Below, piece after piece: positions 8,744-20,300 of a stretch of DNA of 64,000 nt. The stretch is from NCBI GenBank assembly GCA_025056565.1, contig JANWWA010000003.1, positions 100,263 through 164,262 of the forward strand, in the 5' to 3' direction. This stretch comes from Chloroherpetonaceae bacterium (lineage in GTDB: Bacteria > Bacteroidota > Chlorobiia > Chlorobiales > Thermochlorobacteraceae). The position numbers and the translations under genes were made by a program. The notes under the pieces are model-generated. The model did not search any database. It had not been told where the DNA came from and saw only the letters and a list, made by a program, of their open reading frames with translations. The stretch's first letter is position 1. Each line of letters begins with the position of its first letter.

Positions 8744-10723
8744 ATGAAAAACTGGGCTGCTGCGCTCTGCTGCACAGTGTTAGTTTGCGGTGCGCTTCAC
8801 AAGGCGCAGGCGCAGTGGCTCGAAAAACCGCTGTGCGATTGTGTGCGACCGCTGAATGTGCCGCATACTCAGGCGCGTGCCTCAGCGCCAGCAAAGCGAC
8901 CTATTGACATTCTGCACTACGCGCTCTCGCTCCGGCTCACAATGCGAGATGGAAGACTGCAAGGCGTCAATCGCATTCACATCTGTTCATGGGTCAATGA
9001 GCTGCCACGTATCTCGCTCTCTGCGGCAGCGCTCGTAATTGATTCCGTGCAATTACCGACTGGTGAGCGCCTTTCGTTCCAGCACCAAGGTGATTCGCTG
9101 CATGTCATCTTACCTGTGCCAGCGCAACAGGGCGACACGATGACCTTGATGGTGCATTATCACACTAATGCAGGTCGGCGCGGCTACTACTTCTACACGG
9201 CGCAAGAATCAGGCAGCGAACCGATTGCTTACACAATGTCGCAGCCTTATGATGCCCGATACTGGATGCCCTGCCTTGATGAACCAGATGACAAAGCAAC
9301 AGCTGAAATCTCCATAACAGTACCAAGAGGATTTATTGCCGCATCAATTGGTCGCCTAACGCATGTTGAGCAGCAGGGTGAGGAGACGACTTACCACTGG
9401 GCAACACAGTGTCCAGTTGCAACTTACCTAATGTGCGTAACGGTCTCTCGCTACGTAGTGCTGAGAGAAACATATAGGCGGGCAAGGCAAGGTGAAACGC
9501 CAGATGGGCGAGCGGTGGCGTCGCTGCAGGATACTTTGCCAATTGAACACTATGTCTGGCGAGAAGATTCGCTCAACGCAGTTGGGTTTTTCCAAAATCT
9601 GAGGCGAATGATTGAAGTGTGCGAGACGACTTTCGGCATTCCATATCCTTTTGAGAAGTATGGGCAAGCCGCTGTCCGTCCGTTTAGATATGGTGGAATG
9701 GAGCATCAAACACTCTCGACGCTCAACCGGAATTTGCTCTGGAATGAAAACTTGATTGTGCACGAGCTAGCACACCAGTGGTGGGGTGATATGGTAACTT
9801 GTGAGTCGTGGCGCGACCTTTGGCTCAACGAAGGCTTCGCCACTTACACCGAAGCACTCTGGCAAGAGTATTTGAATGGCAAGGAAGGCTTGAGACGCTA
9901 TATGCGCGCTCGAATCCGACCGCATCTATGGCAAACGTCTATCTACAATCCGTCACCACTCTTTGGCGATGTAGTCTATGGCAAGGCTGCATGGGTGCTC
10001 CAAATGCTGCGCGGCTTAATGGGCGATGAACGCTTCAGAGCATTGCTCAAGCAATACGGCGAGCGGCATAAATTTGGCAATGCCAACACAGCTGCGTTTC
10101 AGCAGATTGCTGAAGAGATCTATGGTGGCAAGCTGGACTGGTTTTTTCAGCAGTGGATATTTGGGACAGGCATTCCGAAGCTGGAATATGCTTGGCAGAA
10201 GCGGCAAGAAGCAAGTGGCTGGCGAGTAACTGTGCGCATTCGTCAAACGCAGGCAGAGCCAGTGTTCAAGCTGCCAATGGAATTACAGCTCTATGCTGCA
10301 GATGGGAAGGCAGTCTTCAAGCGCACGATGGAAAGCCGTGATACCACTTTTGTGCTACATGCAGCAAGCGAGCCGCAAATGCTGGTGCTGGACGAGGACG
10401 AGTGGATACTGAAAGATGCAACCAATCTCACTGACTTATTGGAGCAAAGCCAAACAGGGCGACGCTTCAAGCTGGAACAAAACTACCCCAATCCATTTAA
10501 TCCGACTACCACGATTCGGTATGAACTGCCGAGTTTTGCCTTCGTGCAGCTAAGGGTGTATGATATGTTAGGCAGAGAGGTGGCAACGCTGGTGAATGCA
10601 CGCCAAGCGGCTGGGCGCTACGAAGTGGTGTTTGATGCAACAGGGCTGCCAAGCGGGATGTATGTCTATCGCTTGGTCGCAGGCAATTGGCAGGAAAGCA
10701 AAAAGATGATGCTGGTAAAGTGA
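8744..10723 (+). CDS. M1-family zinc aminopeptidase with T9SS C-terminal sorting domain
   Basis: Signal peptide, exopeptidase motif GGMEH, zinc motif HELAHQWWGD (9761..9775), WLNEGFATY, and a C-terminal NYPNPFNPTTTIRYELP...GMYVYRLVAG...KKMMLVK sorting domain. Confidence 0.85.
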   Translation: MKNWAAALCCTVLVCGALHKAQAQWLEKPLCDCVRPLNVPHTQARASAPAKRPIDILHYALSLRLTMRDGRLQGVNRIHICSWVNELPRISLSAAALVIDSVQLPTGERLSFQHQGDSLHVILPVPAQQGDTMTLMVHYHTNAGRRGYYFYTAQESGSEPIAYTMSQPYDARYWMPCLDEPDDKATAEISITVPRGFIAASIGRLTHVEQQGEETTYHWATQCPVATYLMCVTVSRYVVLRETYRRARQGETPDGRAVASLQDTLPIEHYVWREDSLNAVGFFQNLRRMIEVCETTFGIPYPFEKYGQAAVRPFRYGGMEHQTLSTLNRNLLWNENLIVHELAHQWWGDMVTCESWRDLWLNEGFATYTEALWQEYLNGKEGLRRYMRARIRPHLWQTSIYNPSPLFGDVVYGKAAWVLQMLRGLMGDERFRALLKQYGERHKFGNANTAAFQQIAEEIYGGKLDWFFQQWIFGTGIPKLEYAWQKRQEASGWRVTVRIRQTQAEPVFKLPMELQLYAADGKAVFKRTMESRDTTFVLHAASEPQMLVLDEDEWILKDATNLTDLLEQSQTGRRFKLEQNYPNPFNPTTTIRYELPSFAFVQLRVYDMLGREVATLVNARQAAGRYEVVFDATGLPSGMYVYRLVAGNWQESKKMMLVK

Positions 10724-10726
10724 ACG

Positions 10727-12013
10727 CTAATCCCACCTTAGACTGTGTGCGGCACTTTTACCCGCAAGCCAGCCAGTAGAGTAGGCTGCCTGCAAGTTGA
10801 ATCCGCCAACCTCACCTGCAATATCGAGGACCTCGCCAGCAATGAACAAGTTAGGCACCAATCGAGACGCCATCGTTTTAGGGTCAATCTCACGAAGTGA
10901 AATGCCACCTGCCGAGACTTCTCCACGCTCAATCGGCACTGCCTGTACGGTGCCAAGCGGATAAGCTTTGAGCACGCTAAGCAAATTCTTTCGCTGCGCC
11001 TTAGAAAGGTTGTGCCACTTTTGCTCTAACGAGATGCCTGAGGCTTCAAGCACAAACGGAACAATGGCGTTAGGCAAAGGGGCTTCCAGAAAAGTTCGAA
11101 GTGCCTGCGTAGGGTGGCAACGCTGCATCTCCAGTAGCTGCTGCTCTAAAGCTTCGACTGACAGTGCAGGGAAGAAATCCACATACATTGTGACCGATGA
11201 TTGTTCCAGTGCTTCGGCGACATCACGTGAAATGGAAAGACAAGCTGGCCCTGAGAGACCTTGATGCGTGAAAAGCACATCATCGGTGCGCTCAAAGGTT
11301 TGAGAGGGGCTTTTGGCAATCAATCTCACATGTCGAAGCGAGACACCGACAAGCTCAGGATGAGGTGGCTGAGCCAAATAAATTGGTGCGAGTGCAGCAC
11401 GCAGCGGCACAATCGTATGTCCAAGTGCAGCGGCAAAGCGAATGCCATCGCCAGTTGTGCCGGTTTTGGAGTAGGAGACGCCGCCTGTAGCGAGAATTAA
11501 AGCGTGTGCTTGGAATCTAAGCGCACTAAGATGCACACAAAAGGTCTCGGCCTGCCGCTCTACGCTAAGGGCACGGGCATTTGTAAGCACTTCAATGGAA
11601 TGGGTGCTTAAAAGGGCTTCAAACACGGCAACGACATCGCTTGCCTTGCCAGAGAGCGGGAAGATGCGGCCGTTTGGACGCACATAAGTCGCAACACCGT
11701 GAGAGTGAAGCCAGCGAAGCACATCTTGGTTGGTGAAGGCGTAAAAAGCAGGTTTGAGAAATCGACGTTCAGCAGGACGCAAAAAGCCTTTCTCGAGCAC
11801 GTGCATCATCTCACCTGCGTGGGTGATGTTGCACTTGCCGCCGCCTGAGATACGAATTTTGATGCCAAGCTGTGTGTTACGCTCAAGTAGGGTGATGTGC
11901 GCATCGCTATCTGCAACGCCAAGTGAGCGGAGATGCTGACGTGCGCTAATTGCAGCGCACATACCTGCTGCACCACCACCGATAATTACAATGTGCCGTG
12001 AGCGCGTTTCCAT
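10727..12013 (-). CDS. HI0933/BaiN-like NAD(P)/FAD-dependent flavoprotein
   Basis: Dinucleotide-binding motif IVIIGGGAAGMCAAISA, then GGGKCNITH, TGDG and FIAGEVLDIAGEVGGFNLQAAYSTGWLAG, typical of the TIGR00275-type family. Confidence 0.8.
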   Translation of the reverse strand: METRSRHIVIIGGGAAGMCAAISARQHLRSLGVADSDAHITLLERNTQLGIKIRISGGGKCNITHAGEMMHVLEKGFLRPAERRFLKPAFYAFTNQDVLRWLHSHGVATYVRPNGRIFPLSGKASDVVAVFEALLSTHSIEVLTNARALSVERQAETFCVHLSALRFQAHALILATGGVSYSKTGTTGDGIRFAAALGHTIVPLRAALAPIYLAQPPHPELVGVSLRHVRLIAKSPSQTFERTDDVLFTHQGLSGPACLSISRDVAEALEQSSVTMYVDFFPALSVEALEQQLLEMQRCHPTQALRTFLEAPLPNAIVPFVLEASGISLEQKWHNLSKAQRKNLLSVLKAYPLGTVQAVPIERGEVSAGGISLREIDPKTMASRLVPNLFIAGEVLDIAGEVGGFNLQAAYSTGWLAGKSAAHSLRWD

Positions 12014-12129
12014 TCAGAATTTTGTGGCAAAATATGTCAAAAATCTTGTGAACGTGCGCCTAAGAGGCATTTGGTCAGGCGCAATCTCTGTCGCAACTTT
12101 GCAATTACAACGAACCTTAACAACTAACA

Positions 12130-13155
12130 ATGAGTCTGTCGAATCTTGGCTTGCAGCCTTCAGCCAGCGAGTCCGTTGAGATGGAAACGCTGTATCGTTA
12201 CGATATTTCGCTGGTAATTCCGCTCTTCAATGAAGCTGAATCGCTGCCTGAATTGGTGGCACAAATTGCTGACTCTATTGCCAAAAGCCAGCTGAGCGAC
12301 TTGTTCGGGCATAAACCGACCTACGAAATTCTCTTCATCAATGATGGCTCGAATGATGGCTCCGACCGTGTTATCAAAGGTCTTATGGCACAATACCCTG
12401 AAATTAAGCTCATTTCTTTTCGGCGAAATTACGGCAAATCAGCTGGGCTGGATGCAGGCTTCAAAGCGGCACAAGGCAAGTATGTGATCACAATGGATGC
12501 AGACTTGCAGGATAATCCCTACGAAATTGAGCCACTGATTCGCAAGTTGGAAGAAGGCTACGACCTTGTAAGCGGCTGGAAAAAGAAACGCTACGACCCT
12601 ATCACGAAGACACTGCCTTCTAAGCTCTTCAATGCGGTAACACGCACGCTCTCAGGTGTGCCACTGCACGACTTCAATTGTGGCTTGAAAGCCTATCGCA
12701 ATGAAGTGGTCAAGTCGCTGCAAATTTACGGTGAGATGCATCGCTACATTCCTGTGCTGGCAAGGTGGAATGGCTTTCGAGTGGGGGAGTTGGTAGTCCA
12801 GCACCGTGCGCGCAAGTATGGTCATTCCAAATTTGGCATAAGCCGATTTTTCAATGGTTTTCTGGATTTGCTCACAGTGATGTTCATTACCAAGTATATG
12901 AAGCGTCCGATGCACTTTTTTGGAATGGCCGGCATTGTGTCATTTTTCATCGGCTTTGTGATTAGCGGCTACCTTGCTTTTGAAAAACTTGCCTTTGATG
13001 CCAGCGTGAGCAATCGACCGCTGCTGCTCTTAGGCGTGATGCTCATCATTTTGGGGGTGCAGCTGTTTGGTATTGGATTGCTTGGCGAAATGATTACCAA
13101 AACATACCTCCAAGCTGAACCCTACCTTATCAAGGAAAAAGTAAATGTGGATTAA
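12130..13155 (+). CDS. GT2 polyprenol-phosphate glycosyltransferase (GtrB/ArnC-like) with two C-terminal TM helices
   Basis: Shows ISLVIPLFNEAE, INDGSNDGS, ITMDADLQD, and two hydrophobic C-terminal helices. The true start may be the internal Met at 12181 (METLYRYD). Confidence 0.85.
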   Translation: MSLSNLGLQPSASESVEMETLYRYDISLVIPLFNEAESLPELVAQIADSIAKSQLSDLFGHKPTYEILFINDGSNDGSDRVIKGLMAQYPEIKLISFRRNYGKSAGLDAGFKAAQGKYVITMDADLQDNPYEIEPLIRKLEEGYDLVSGWKKKRYDPITKTLPSKLFNAVTRTLSGVPLHDFNCGLKAYRNEVVKSLQIYGEMHRYIPVLARWNGFRVGELVVQHRARKYGHSKFGISRFFNGFLDLLTVMFITKYMKRPMHFFGMAGIVSFFIGFVISGYLAFEKLAFDASVSNRPLLLLGVMLIILGVQLFGIGLLGEMITKTYLQAEPYLIKEKVNVD

Positions 13156-13627
13156 ACCTCGACTCGTCTGGCTGGCTCTGGTAGCTCTGAGCAGTTGCAC
13201 TGCACCGCTCGGTGAGAGCGTTTCACCAGTGGTGGAAAATTTTACGGAGACCGATGCAGCGGGCAATATCTTGCGGGTTGACCCTGACGACTGGCGCATT
13301 CAAGAGCGGTTTCGCAATGAGGTGCGAGTAAGACCTGCGTTTCCAAATCCAACGCCTAACGGCATTGTCTCGCTCATTGTGGAATTTAGCGCCAGTGCTC
13401 CGATTGGTCGGATTGATGTGCTCACCACAAACACGGCTGGTAACCCGATTTTTGTTGCCCGGCTTGATGCACTACGCGCCTTCGGCATAGAGTTTTATCG
13501 CATAAACCTAACACCAGTTGCCGTAAGCGGCAATCTCTCGGAAGTTCGCGGACGGCTCTTTCGCCTGCGACTCTTAGACCCCTTCGGCAACTTGATTACA
13601 TATGGGGACGTCAAATTTGCAGAGTAG
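13145..13627 (+). CDS. Hypothetical lipoprotein
   Basis: Signal peptide with lipobox LSSC (MWIKPRLVWLALVALSSCTAP). The start overlaps the GT2 stop by 11 nt. No recognisable family. Confidence 0.55.
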   Translation: MWIKPRLVWLALVALSSCTAPLGESVSPVVENFTETDAAGNILRVDPDDWRIQERFRNEVRVRPAFPNPTPNGIVSLIVEFSASAPIGRIDVLTTNTAGNPIFVARLDALRAFGIEFYRINLTPVAVSGNLSEVRGRLFRLRLLDPFGNLITYGDVKFAE

Positions 13628-13711
13628 CGCGTATGCTGAGCTGACCAAGACAATTACGAGAGTTGTGCAACCCTGCTCTAATTTTTCGTAACCAAAAAAC
13701 AGTCTCACCAA

Positions 13712-14488
13712 ATGTCTTACACCTATCTTCTCTTATCCAAAGAAGAGGCGCACAAAATTGCGCTGGTCACGTTCAATCGTCCAGAAGCGCTCAATGCGTT
13801 CAACTTTAAGTTGATGACAGAGCTACTGGATGCGTTGGAGACACTCGATAAAGATCCATCTGTGCATGCTATTGTGCTAACTGGCAATGAAAAAGCCTTT
13901 GCAGCAGGCGCAGACATCAAAGAGTTCGCAGCACGAGGCACTGCACAAATGCTACTGGAAAATCCATTGGAAAAATGGCAGCGCATTGAAAAGCTCTCCA
14001 AGCCACTGATTGCAGCGGTCTCTGGCTTTGCGTTAGGCGGCGGTTGCGAAATAATGCTGATGTGCGATATGGTGATTGCGTCTGAGACAGCAAAAATTGG
14101 GCTGCCTGAAATTAACATTGGTGTCATACCAGGTGCAGGCGGCACGCAGCGCCTAACGCGCATAGTGGGCAAATTCAAGGCAATGGAACTAATTTTAACT
14201 GGGCGAATGATCGATGCTAAAGAAGCTCTCGAGTTAGGGCTGGTTACGAAAGTGGTGCCTGCAACGGAGTATTTGGAGGAGGCTAAGAAGTTGGCGCGTG
14301 AAATTGCCGCTAAGTCGCCTGTAGCAGTGCGCACTGCCAAAGAAGCAATTCGGGCAGCCTTGTCTGGACTCGAAGAAGGTTTAGCCTTTGAGCGTAAGAG
14401 TTTTTACTTGCTCTTCGACACAGAAGACAAAAAAGAAGGTATGCAAGCCTTTCTCGAAAAACGCAAGCCTGAGTGGAAAGGACGCTAA
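13712..14488 (+). CDS. Enoyl-CoA hydratase (crotonase family)
   Basis: Shows ITLNRPEALNA-like FNRPEALNAF, FAAGADIKEF, PLIAAVSGFALGGGCEIMLMCD and the EINIGVIPGAGGTQRL motifs. Confidence 0.9.
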   Translation: MSYTYLLLSKEEAHKIALVTFNRPEALNAFNFKLMTELLDALETLDKDPSVHAIVLTGNEKAFAAGADIKEFAARGTAQMLLENPLEKWQRIEKLSKPLIAAVSGFALGGGCEIMLMCDMVIASETAKIGLPEINIGVIPGAGGTQRLTRIVGKFKAMELILTGRMIDAKEALELGLVTKVVPATEYLEEAKKLAREIAAKSPVAVRTAKEAIRAALSGLEEGLAFERKSFYLLFDTEDKKEGMQAFLEKRKPEWKGR

Positions 14489-14623
14489 ATTCTGGCTGCG
14501 TCGCTAACTCGGTGCAAAGTTTCTCATTTTGAGAGAATTCGCCTATCTTTTGCCGCAAGTCTCTCAGCTTTTTTGCGGCTGCGAAGTACACCTGCATCAC
14601 AATTAAGTAAAAGGAGTGTAACT

Positions 14624-17149
14624 ATGCCCTTCAAGAAACTTGGCACACCGACGCGCAACTTCTCTGCGAAACCCGGCTTACAAGAAGAAGATTTGCAAAC
14701 GCTGAAAACTTTATTTGCACAGCATCTCAAGTATTCTTTTGCCAAAGATGAATACACGGCTACGCCACGTGACTGTTACAACTCACTTGCACTGGCAGTG
14801 CGCGATGCGCTGATTGACCGCTGGATTGAAACGCAGCAGACGTACTACCGACAAGATGTCAAGCGGGTCTATTACCTCTCGATGGAATTTCTCATTGGGC
14901 GCACATTAGGCAACGCTGCCCTGAATTTGGGGCTAAGCGATGAAGTGCGAGAGCTGATGGTGCAGTTAGGCTATAAGCTGGAAGAAATTGAAGAAATTGA
15001 ACCTGATGCAGGCTTGGGCAATGGCGGTCTCGGACGCTTAGCCGCTTGCTTCCTCGATTCAATGGCGACGCTAGGAATCCCGGGCTATGGCTACGGTATT
15101 CGCTACGAGTTTGGGATTTTCGCCCAAAAAATTCGAAATGGCTACCAAGTTGAGACGCCAGACAACTGGCTGCGGTATGGCAATCCATGGGAAATCGTGC
15201 GCCCCGAATACCTTTACAAGATTCAGTTCTACGGTAATGTGCACGAGTATCTTGACCAGCATGGCAACTTGCGGCACGACTGGGTCAATACGCAAGAAGT
15301 TATGGCGCTGGCATATGATACCCCTGTGCCCGGCTACGGCAACAACACGGTCAATAATATGCGTCTCTGGTCAGCCAAAGCCACGCGTGAGTTCAACTTT
15401 GAGTGCTTCAATGAAGGCGATTATGACCGCGCTGTAGCAGACAAAGCCGAGTCAGAGACGATTTCAAAAGTGCTGTATCCAAACGACAGCACGCCTGAAG
15501 GCAAAGAGCTACGCTTGAAACAAGAGCATTTCTTTGTGTCCGCAACGCTGCAAGACATTATTCGCCGCTATAAGAAAACCCACACGACTTTTGACCAGTT
15601 TGCAGATAAAGTGGCAATTCAGCTCAACGACACGCACCCTGCGCTGGCTATTGCAGAACTAATGCGCCTGCTGGTAGATATTGAACACCTGAGCTGGGAG
15701 AAAGCGTGGGATATTACAACACGCACTTGCGCCTACACCAACCACACGGTGATGCCTGAGGCACTTGAAAAGTGGCCTGTGGACTTGATGGCACGCCTCT
15801 TGCCACGACACTTGCAAATTATCTATGAAATCAATCGCCGTTTCTTGGATGAGGTGCGGCAAAAATATCCAAACGACCTTGAAAAAGTGAGACGGCTATC
15901 ACTCATTGAGGAAGGTCCAACTCGAATGGTGCGAATGGCAAATCTTGCAATTGTAGGTAGCCATACGGTCAATGGCGTGGCAGAAGTGCACTCCAACCTC
16001 ATCAAACGCACACTATTCAAAGATTTTTATGAGCTTTGGCCAGAGAAATTCCAGAACAAGACCAATGGCATTACGCAGCGCCGCTGGCTCCGGCTCTGCA
16101 ACCCCGAGCTTTCCAAGCTAATTGATGAAAAAATCGGCGATGGGTGGGTCACTGACCTCTATGAGCTACGAAAGCTGATTCCACTGGCTGACGACCGTGC
16201 ATTCCAAGACGCATGGCGCAAGGTGAAGCGTAGCAACAAACTGCGTCTGGCAGAGTATATCAAGTCGCATAATCACATCACGGTCAACCCTGACTCAATG
16301 TTTGACTGCCAAATCAAGCGCATCCACGAATACAAGCGCCAACTACTGAATGCATTGCACGTGATTTGGCTCTACAACTGGATTAAGGCACATCCTTATG
16401 AGGAGGTAACGCCACGCACCATCATCTTCGGTGGAAAAGCTGCGCCCGGCTACTACAAAGCAAAACTGATTATCAAGCTCATCAACTCTATTGCTGAGGT
16501 AATCAATCACGACCGTGATGTGGCAGATAAGCTCAAAGTCGTGTTTCTCGAGAACTACTCTGTCTCGCTGGCTGAAAAAATTATTCCAGCGGCGGATTTG
16601 TCCGAGCAGATTTCTACAGCAGGCACAGAGGCAAGTGGCACAGGTAATATGAAATTTGCACTCAACGGTGCGATTACCATCGGCACGCTGGACGGCGCAA
16701 ACATTGAAATCAAAGAAGAAGTTGGCGATGAGAATATCTTCATCTTCGGCTTAACAGTTGAGCAGGTTGAAGAACTACGCCGAAATGGCTACCAACCTTG
16801 GGAGTATTACAACCGAAACCCTGAGCTGAAACAAGTGATTGATATGATTGCAGGTGGGTATTTCTCGCCATCTCAGCCTGATCTATTCCGTCCAATTGTA
16901 AACTCGCTACTGCAAGGTGACCACTACCTCTTGATGGCAGACTTTGCCGATTATGTGCGCGCTCAAAAAGAAGCCAGCGCAGCTTACCGTGACACACAGA
17001 GATGGACGAAAATGAGCATTCTCAATGTGGCAAAAATGGGCAAGTTCTCGTCAGACCGCACGATTCGAGAGTATGCAAAGGATATTTGGGGAGTAAAGCC
17101 CATCACAATTGAGATGAGCCAGAAAGCCGAAGCAACAGCCCATACCTAA
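14624..17149 (+). CDS. glgP: Glycogen/maltodextrin phosphorylase
   Basis: AGGAG RBS 7 nt before the ATG at 14624. Shows [28 protein letters not shown] and the PLP site [15 protein letters not shown]. The supplied ORF starts further upstream at 14573. Confidence 0.9.
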   Translation: MPFKKLGTPTRNFSAKPGLQEEDLQTLKTLFAQHLKYSFAKDEYTATPRDCYNSLALAVRDALIDRWIETQQTYYRQDVKRVYYLSMEFLIGRTLGNAALNLGLSDEVRELMVQLGYKLEEIEEIEPDAGLGNGGLGRLAACFLDSMATLGIPGYGYGIRYEFGIFAQKIRNGYQVETPDNWLRYGNPWEIVRPEYLYKIQFYGNVHEYLDQHGNLRHDWVNTQEVMALAYDTPVPGYGNNTVNNMRLWSAKATREFNFECFNEGDYDRAVADKAESETISKVLYPNDSTPEGKELRLKQEHFFVSATLQDIIRRYKKTHTTFDQFADKVAIQLNDTHPALAIAELMRLLVDIEHLSWEKAWDITTRTCAYTNHTVMPEALEKWPVDLMARLLPRHLQIIYEINRRFLDEVRQKYPNDLEKVRRLSLIEEGPTRMVRMANLAIVGSHTVNGVAEVHSNLIKRTLFKDFYELWPEKFQNKTNGITQRRWLRLCNPELSKLIDEKIGDGWVTDLYELRKLIPLADDRAFQDAWRKVKRSNKLRLAEYIKSHNHITVNPDSMFDCQIKRIHEYKRQLLNALHVIWLYNWIKAHPYEEVTPRTIIFGGKAAPGYYKAKLIIKLINSIAEVINHDRDVADKLKVVFLENYSVSLAEKIIPAADLSEQISTAGTEASGTGNMKFALNGAITIGTLDGANIEIKEEVGDENIFIFGLTVEQVEELRRNGYQPWEYYNRNPELKQVIDMIAGGYFSPSQPDLFRPIVNSLLQGDHYLLMADFADYVRAQKEASAAYRDTQRWTKMSILNVAKMGKFSSDRTIREYAKDIWGVKPITIEMSQKAEATAHT

Positions 17150-17180
17150 TGTGCTCAAGAATAGATGAGGAATTCAATTA

Positions 17181-17223
17181 AAGTCGCTGAGCGCGCAAGC
17201 TCGCACAAGCGACTTTCTTTGTT
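17181..17223 (+). terminator. Rho-independent terminator after glgP
   Basis: Stem AAGTCGCT (17181..17188) pairs with AGCGACTT (17208..17215), with an internal GAGC/GCTC pairing, followed by TCTTTGTT. Confidence 0.6.
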
Positions 17224-17379
17224 GACGAAGAGGCGCTTGGATACAGGGAAGAGTAAGTCAGTGTCTGATTTGTCACCTCTTTTTGCAAGAAGCCTTGCAA
17301 TGCTTGCCTACCGCAGAGCACCAGACATTTAGGGACTCAAAATTCATAACTCAAAAGTCACTGAAGATATGCTCAAGAT

Positions 17380-20300
17380 ATGCTTAAGCTAATGCGATAT
17401 TTTGCGTTGGGGCTATGGCTGATAGGCTTTGCTGCCTCAGCCTGCAAAAAAGGAGATGATTTTGCACCGTTTGAAGCAGGGCAACTGGGCGCACTGACAA
17501 CTGAAGAAAAACCAACTTTGGCCACTAATGAAACCCTGTCAATTCTTTCCGCTACGCCTATGGGCGAGCTGGAATCGTATTCCGATGCGCTGACGATTGC
17601 AGTAACTTTCAACCAACCAATGGTGGAAGTGAGTGATGAGACGCAAAGCGAATCGCTGCAAGGACTGCTGAAAATTGAGCCAACCGTGAAGGGCACTTAT
17701 CGATGGCTTGGCTCTCGCACACTAATTTTTACGCCAAGTGATTCGCTGCCGCTTGCAACCACTTTCAAAGTAATAGTGCCAAAAGGCACAAAGGCACTTT
17801 CAGGCAAAGCACTGAACGAAGATTACACATTTGAATTTATGACCCTACGCCCTCGCATCGTGCAGATTGCGCCGATTGAACAGGTTGGTCTGCAGGATGA
17901 AATCATCGTGAAGTTTAATCAACCCGTTACAGCAGAAATTGGCGGGAAGCTGGCGCTGCAAAACTCCAGTGGCGCAGAGGTCAAATTTACCGTGCGACCT
18001 GTCTCGTTCGATGAGCTACAAAAAAAGCAAGAGATGTTTCGCAAAAGCCAGCAGCATAGCGAGGCATACTTGCTTTCGACAAGCAAGCCCAGTGAACTGC
18101 TGTTTCTGAAGCCTGCAGCCTTACAAGTAGGTGAGACCTACAAGCTACTGTTCAAAAAAAGCAGTGTAGAGACACAAACATTTTCTTTTGAGACCTTCCG
18201 CAAGTTTGAGTTTGTAGGCGAGCGCGAGCAGCGCATAGCGCCAAGTGATGATATTGTCCTCCAATTTTCCAACCCTGTCTTTCGCTCTGAGTTGATGCAG
18301 CGCCTTTCGTTTAGCTCGAAGGTCGATTCCGCATACTTGCGTCTTGACCCAGCAGAAGAAGACTATGCATCGACATTGCACTATCTCCAGCTAGGCTTCA
18401 AGCCTGCAACAACTGAGAGAATCACGATTTCAAAAAATCTGACGGATAGATTTGGCAATACGCTTCCAAACGATGTAGTCGTAACAGTGAAGGTTGGCGA
18501 TTACCCTGAGAGAGTAGTAATGCCAACTGGTTACCTGACGATTGAGCACGATATGCCTTTTCTTGAAGTGCGCGCAATGAACACAGCACGCGCAACGCTC
18601 AAACTGGCGGCTCTGACGCCCGAAGAGGTGATGACGGTCTATCCGTACGGGTTTTACGAGACTCAAGAAGAGAAGCTGCCTTTCGGGCTACGCACAGTGT
18701 CAATCGTGTTCAAGAATCGGAAAAATCAGCTCAGCGTAGAGCCAGTTGATTTGCGGACGGTTTTGGAAGGCAAGTCTTCTGGCTTTGTGTTTGCACAGCT
18801 GGAGAGCGCTCCTTATGATGAGACGACCCAAAGCTATCAAGCCATCTACCAGCGTGCGTTGATTCAAGTAACGCCTTTTGCAGTGTCCGCAAAACATTCC
18901 AAAGATGGTTCGCTGGTGATGGTAACGCGTCTTAAAGATGCAAGCCCAGTGGCGGGTGCAAGTGTGCGGGCTTTTACCCGAAACCGCTCGTTACTATGGA
19001 GTGGCATGACTAATGCAGACGGAGTAGCAATTGTGCCTGAGCTGCGCGAAGCCCCCACCTACTTTTTTGTCGAGCATAACGGAGAAGTAGGATACTCAGA
19101 GTCCAGTTTCTCCGAAGGAATTGAGCCATATCGGTTTGAACTCTATGAGCGGCAGTATGAGTATGAAGAAGATGCAGTTGCTTCGTCGGAGACTTTGCAT
19201 GGTGTGATTTTCACAGAGCGCGGACTGTATCGCGCTGGTGAAACTGTCTATTTCAAAGGCACACTGCGCGAGTATAGAAATAGCAAATGGCAACTGCCAC
19301 GGCGGCGAAGTTACTACCTACTGGTCAAAAACAGTCGTGATGAAACCTTGCTGAGGCGCAAAATCACGCTAAATGACTTCGGCTCCTTTGCAGATTCTAT
19401 CAAGATTGCCACTGCTGCGCCACTGGGCTACTACAACATTTGGCTCAAAGAAGATGAAGGAGACGACTTTTATCCATCGGTGGCGAACGCTAGTTTCCGC
19501 GTAGAAGCCTATCGCCCTGCTACCTTCAGCGTAAAGGTGCTGCCGGATCAACAGTCTGTGCTCAACGGTTCTGAACTTCGTGCAACAATTGAAGCGCGCT
19601 ACCTCTTTGGCGCGCCAATGACGGGCGACAAAGTCTCTTGGTCCATTCAGCGCAGCCCGTTGGATTTCATCACATTTGAGGGCTATGACGGATATACATT
19701 CGGCAAAGTTCGCCAATATGGTGAGCCAACTGAAGATGAAACCAATTACTTGCTCGCATCGGGTTCTGGCGTCATTGATAACTTAGGACAGTATAAATTT
19801 TCGCAGAAGATTGACCTGAAATTGACGCAACCTGCTGTGCTGACACTGGAAGGCACCGTTACATCCCCTGCACGCCAAGCCATTTCTGAACGTGTCAGTC
19901 TGCGATTTCATCCTGCGGAGTTTTATATCGGTCTTAAGCCAAAGTCGCTTTTTGCCAGAGAAAATGAGCCGCTGGGATTGGATGTAGTAACGCTCTCACC
20001 AGAGGGCAAGCCGCGTAGCGAGAAAGTAACGGTCGAACTTGTGCATCGCCAGTGGGTGTCAGTCCGCCGCTTAGGAGTTGGCGGTCGCTTAGAGTGGTCA
20101 TCAGAGCCTGTGGACTCCCTTGTGTTCAAGCAAGACCTAACCACCAAAGAAAATGAGCCGCTGGCGCTATCGCTACCTATTAGAGCTGCAGGGTTTTACC
20201 GCATTCGTGCAACAGGCAAAGATGCCAAAGGCAATCTTGCTCTGAGCGAGACGTATCTTTTTGCAACGGGCAGCAGCTATGCCGCATGGGAACGGCGTGA

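Noticed and set aside
8710-8907. 65-aa ORF in the frame following the clpB stop, examined as a possible read-through or continuation of ClpB
   Set aside because: The translation (MDSKRTHCKANDEKLGCCALL...) bears no resemblance to the ClpB M-domain. It overlaps the start of the well-supported M1 peptidase gene in another frame.
13723-14340. 205-aa ORF antisense to the enoyl-CoA hydratase gene
   Set aside because: It lies entirely inside a confidently identified crotonase gene. The translation is Ala/Ser/Pro-rich low-complexity sequence typical of a shadow ORF, with no motif and no RBS.
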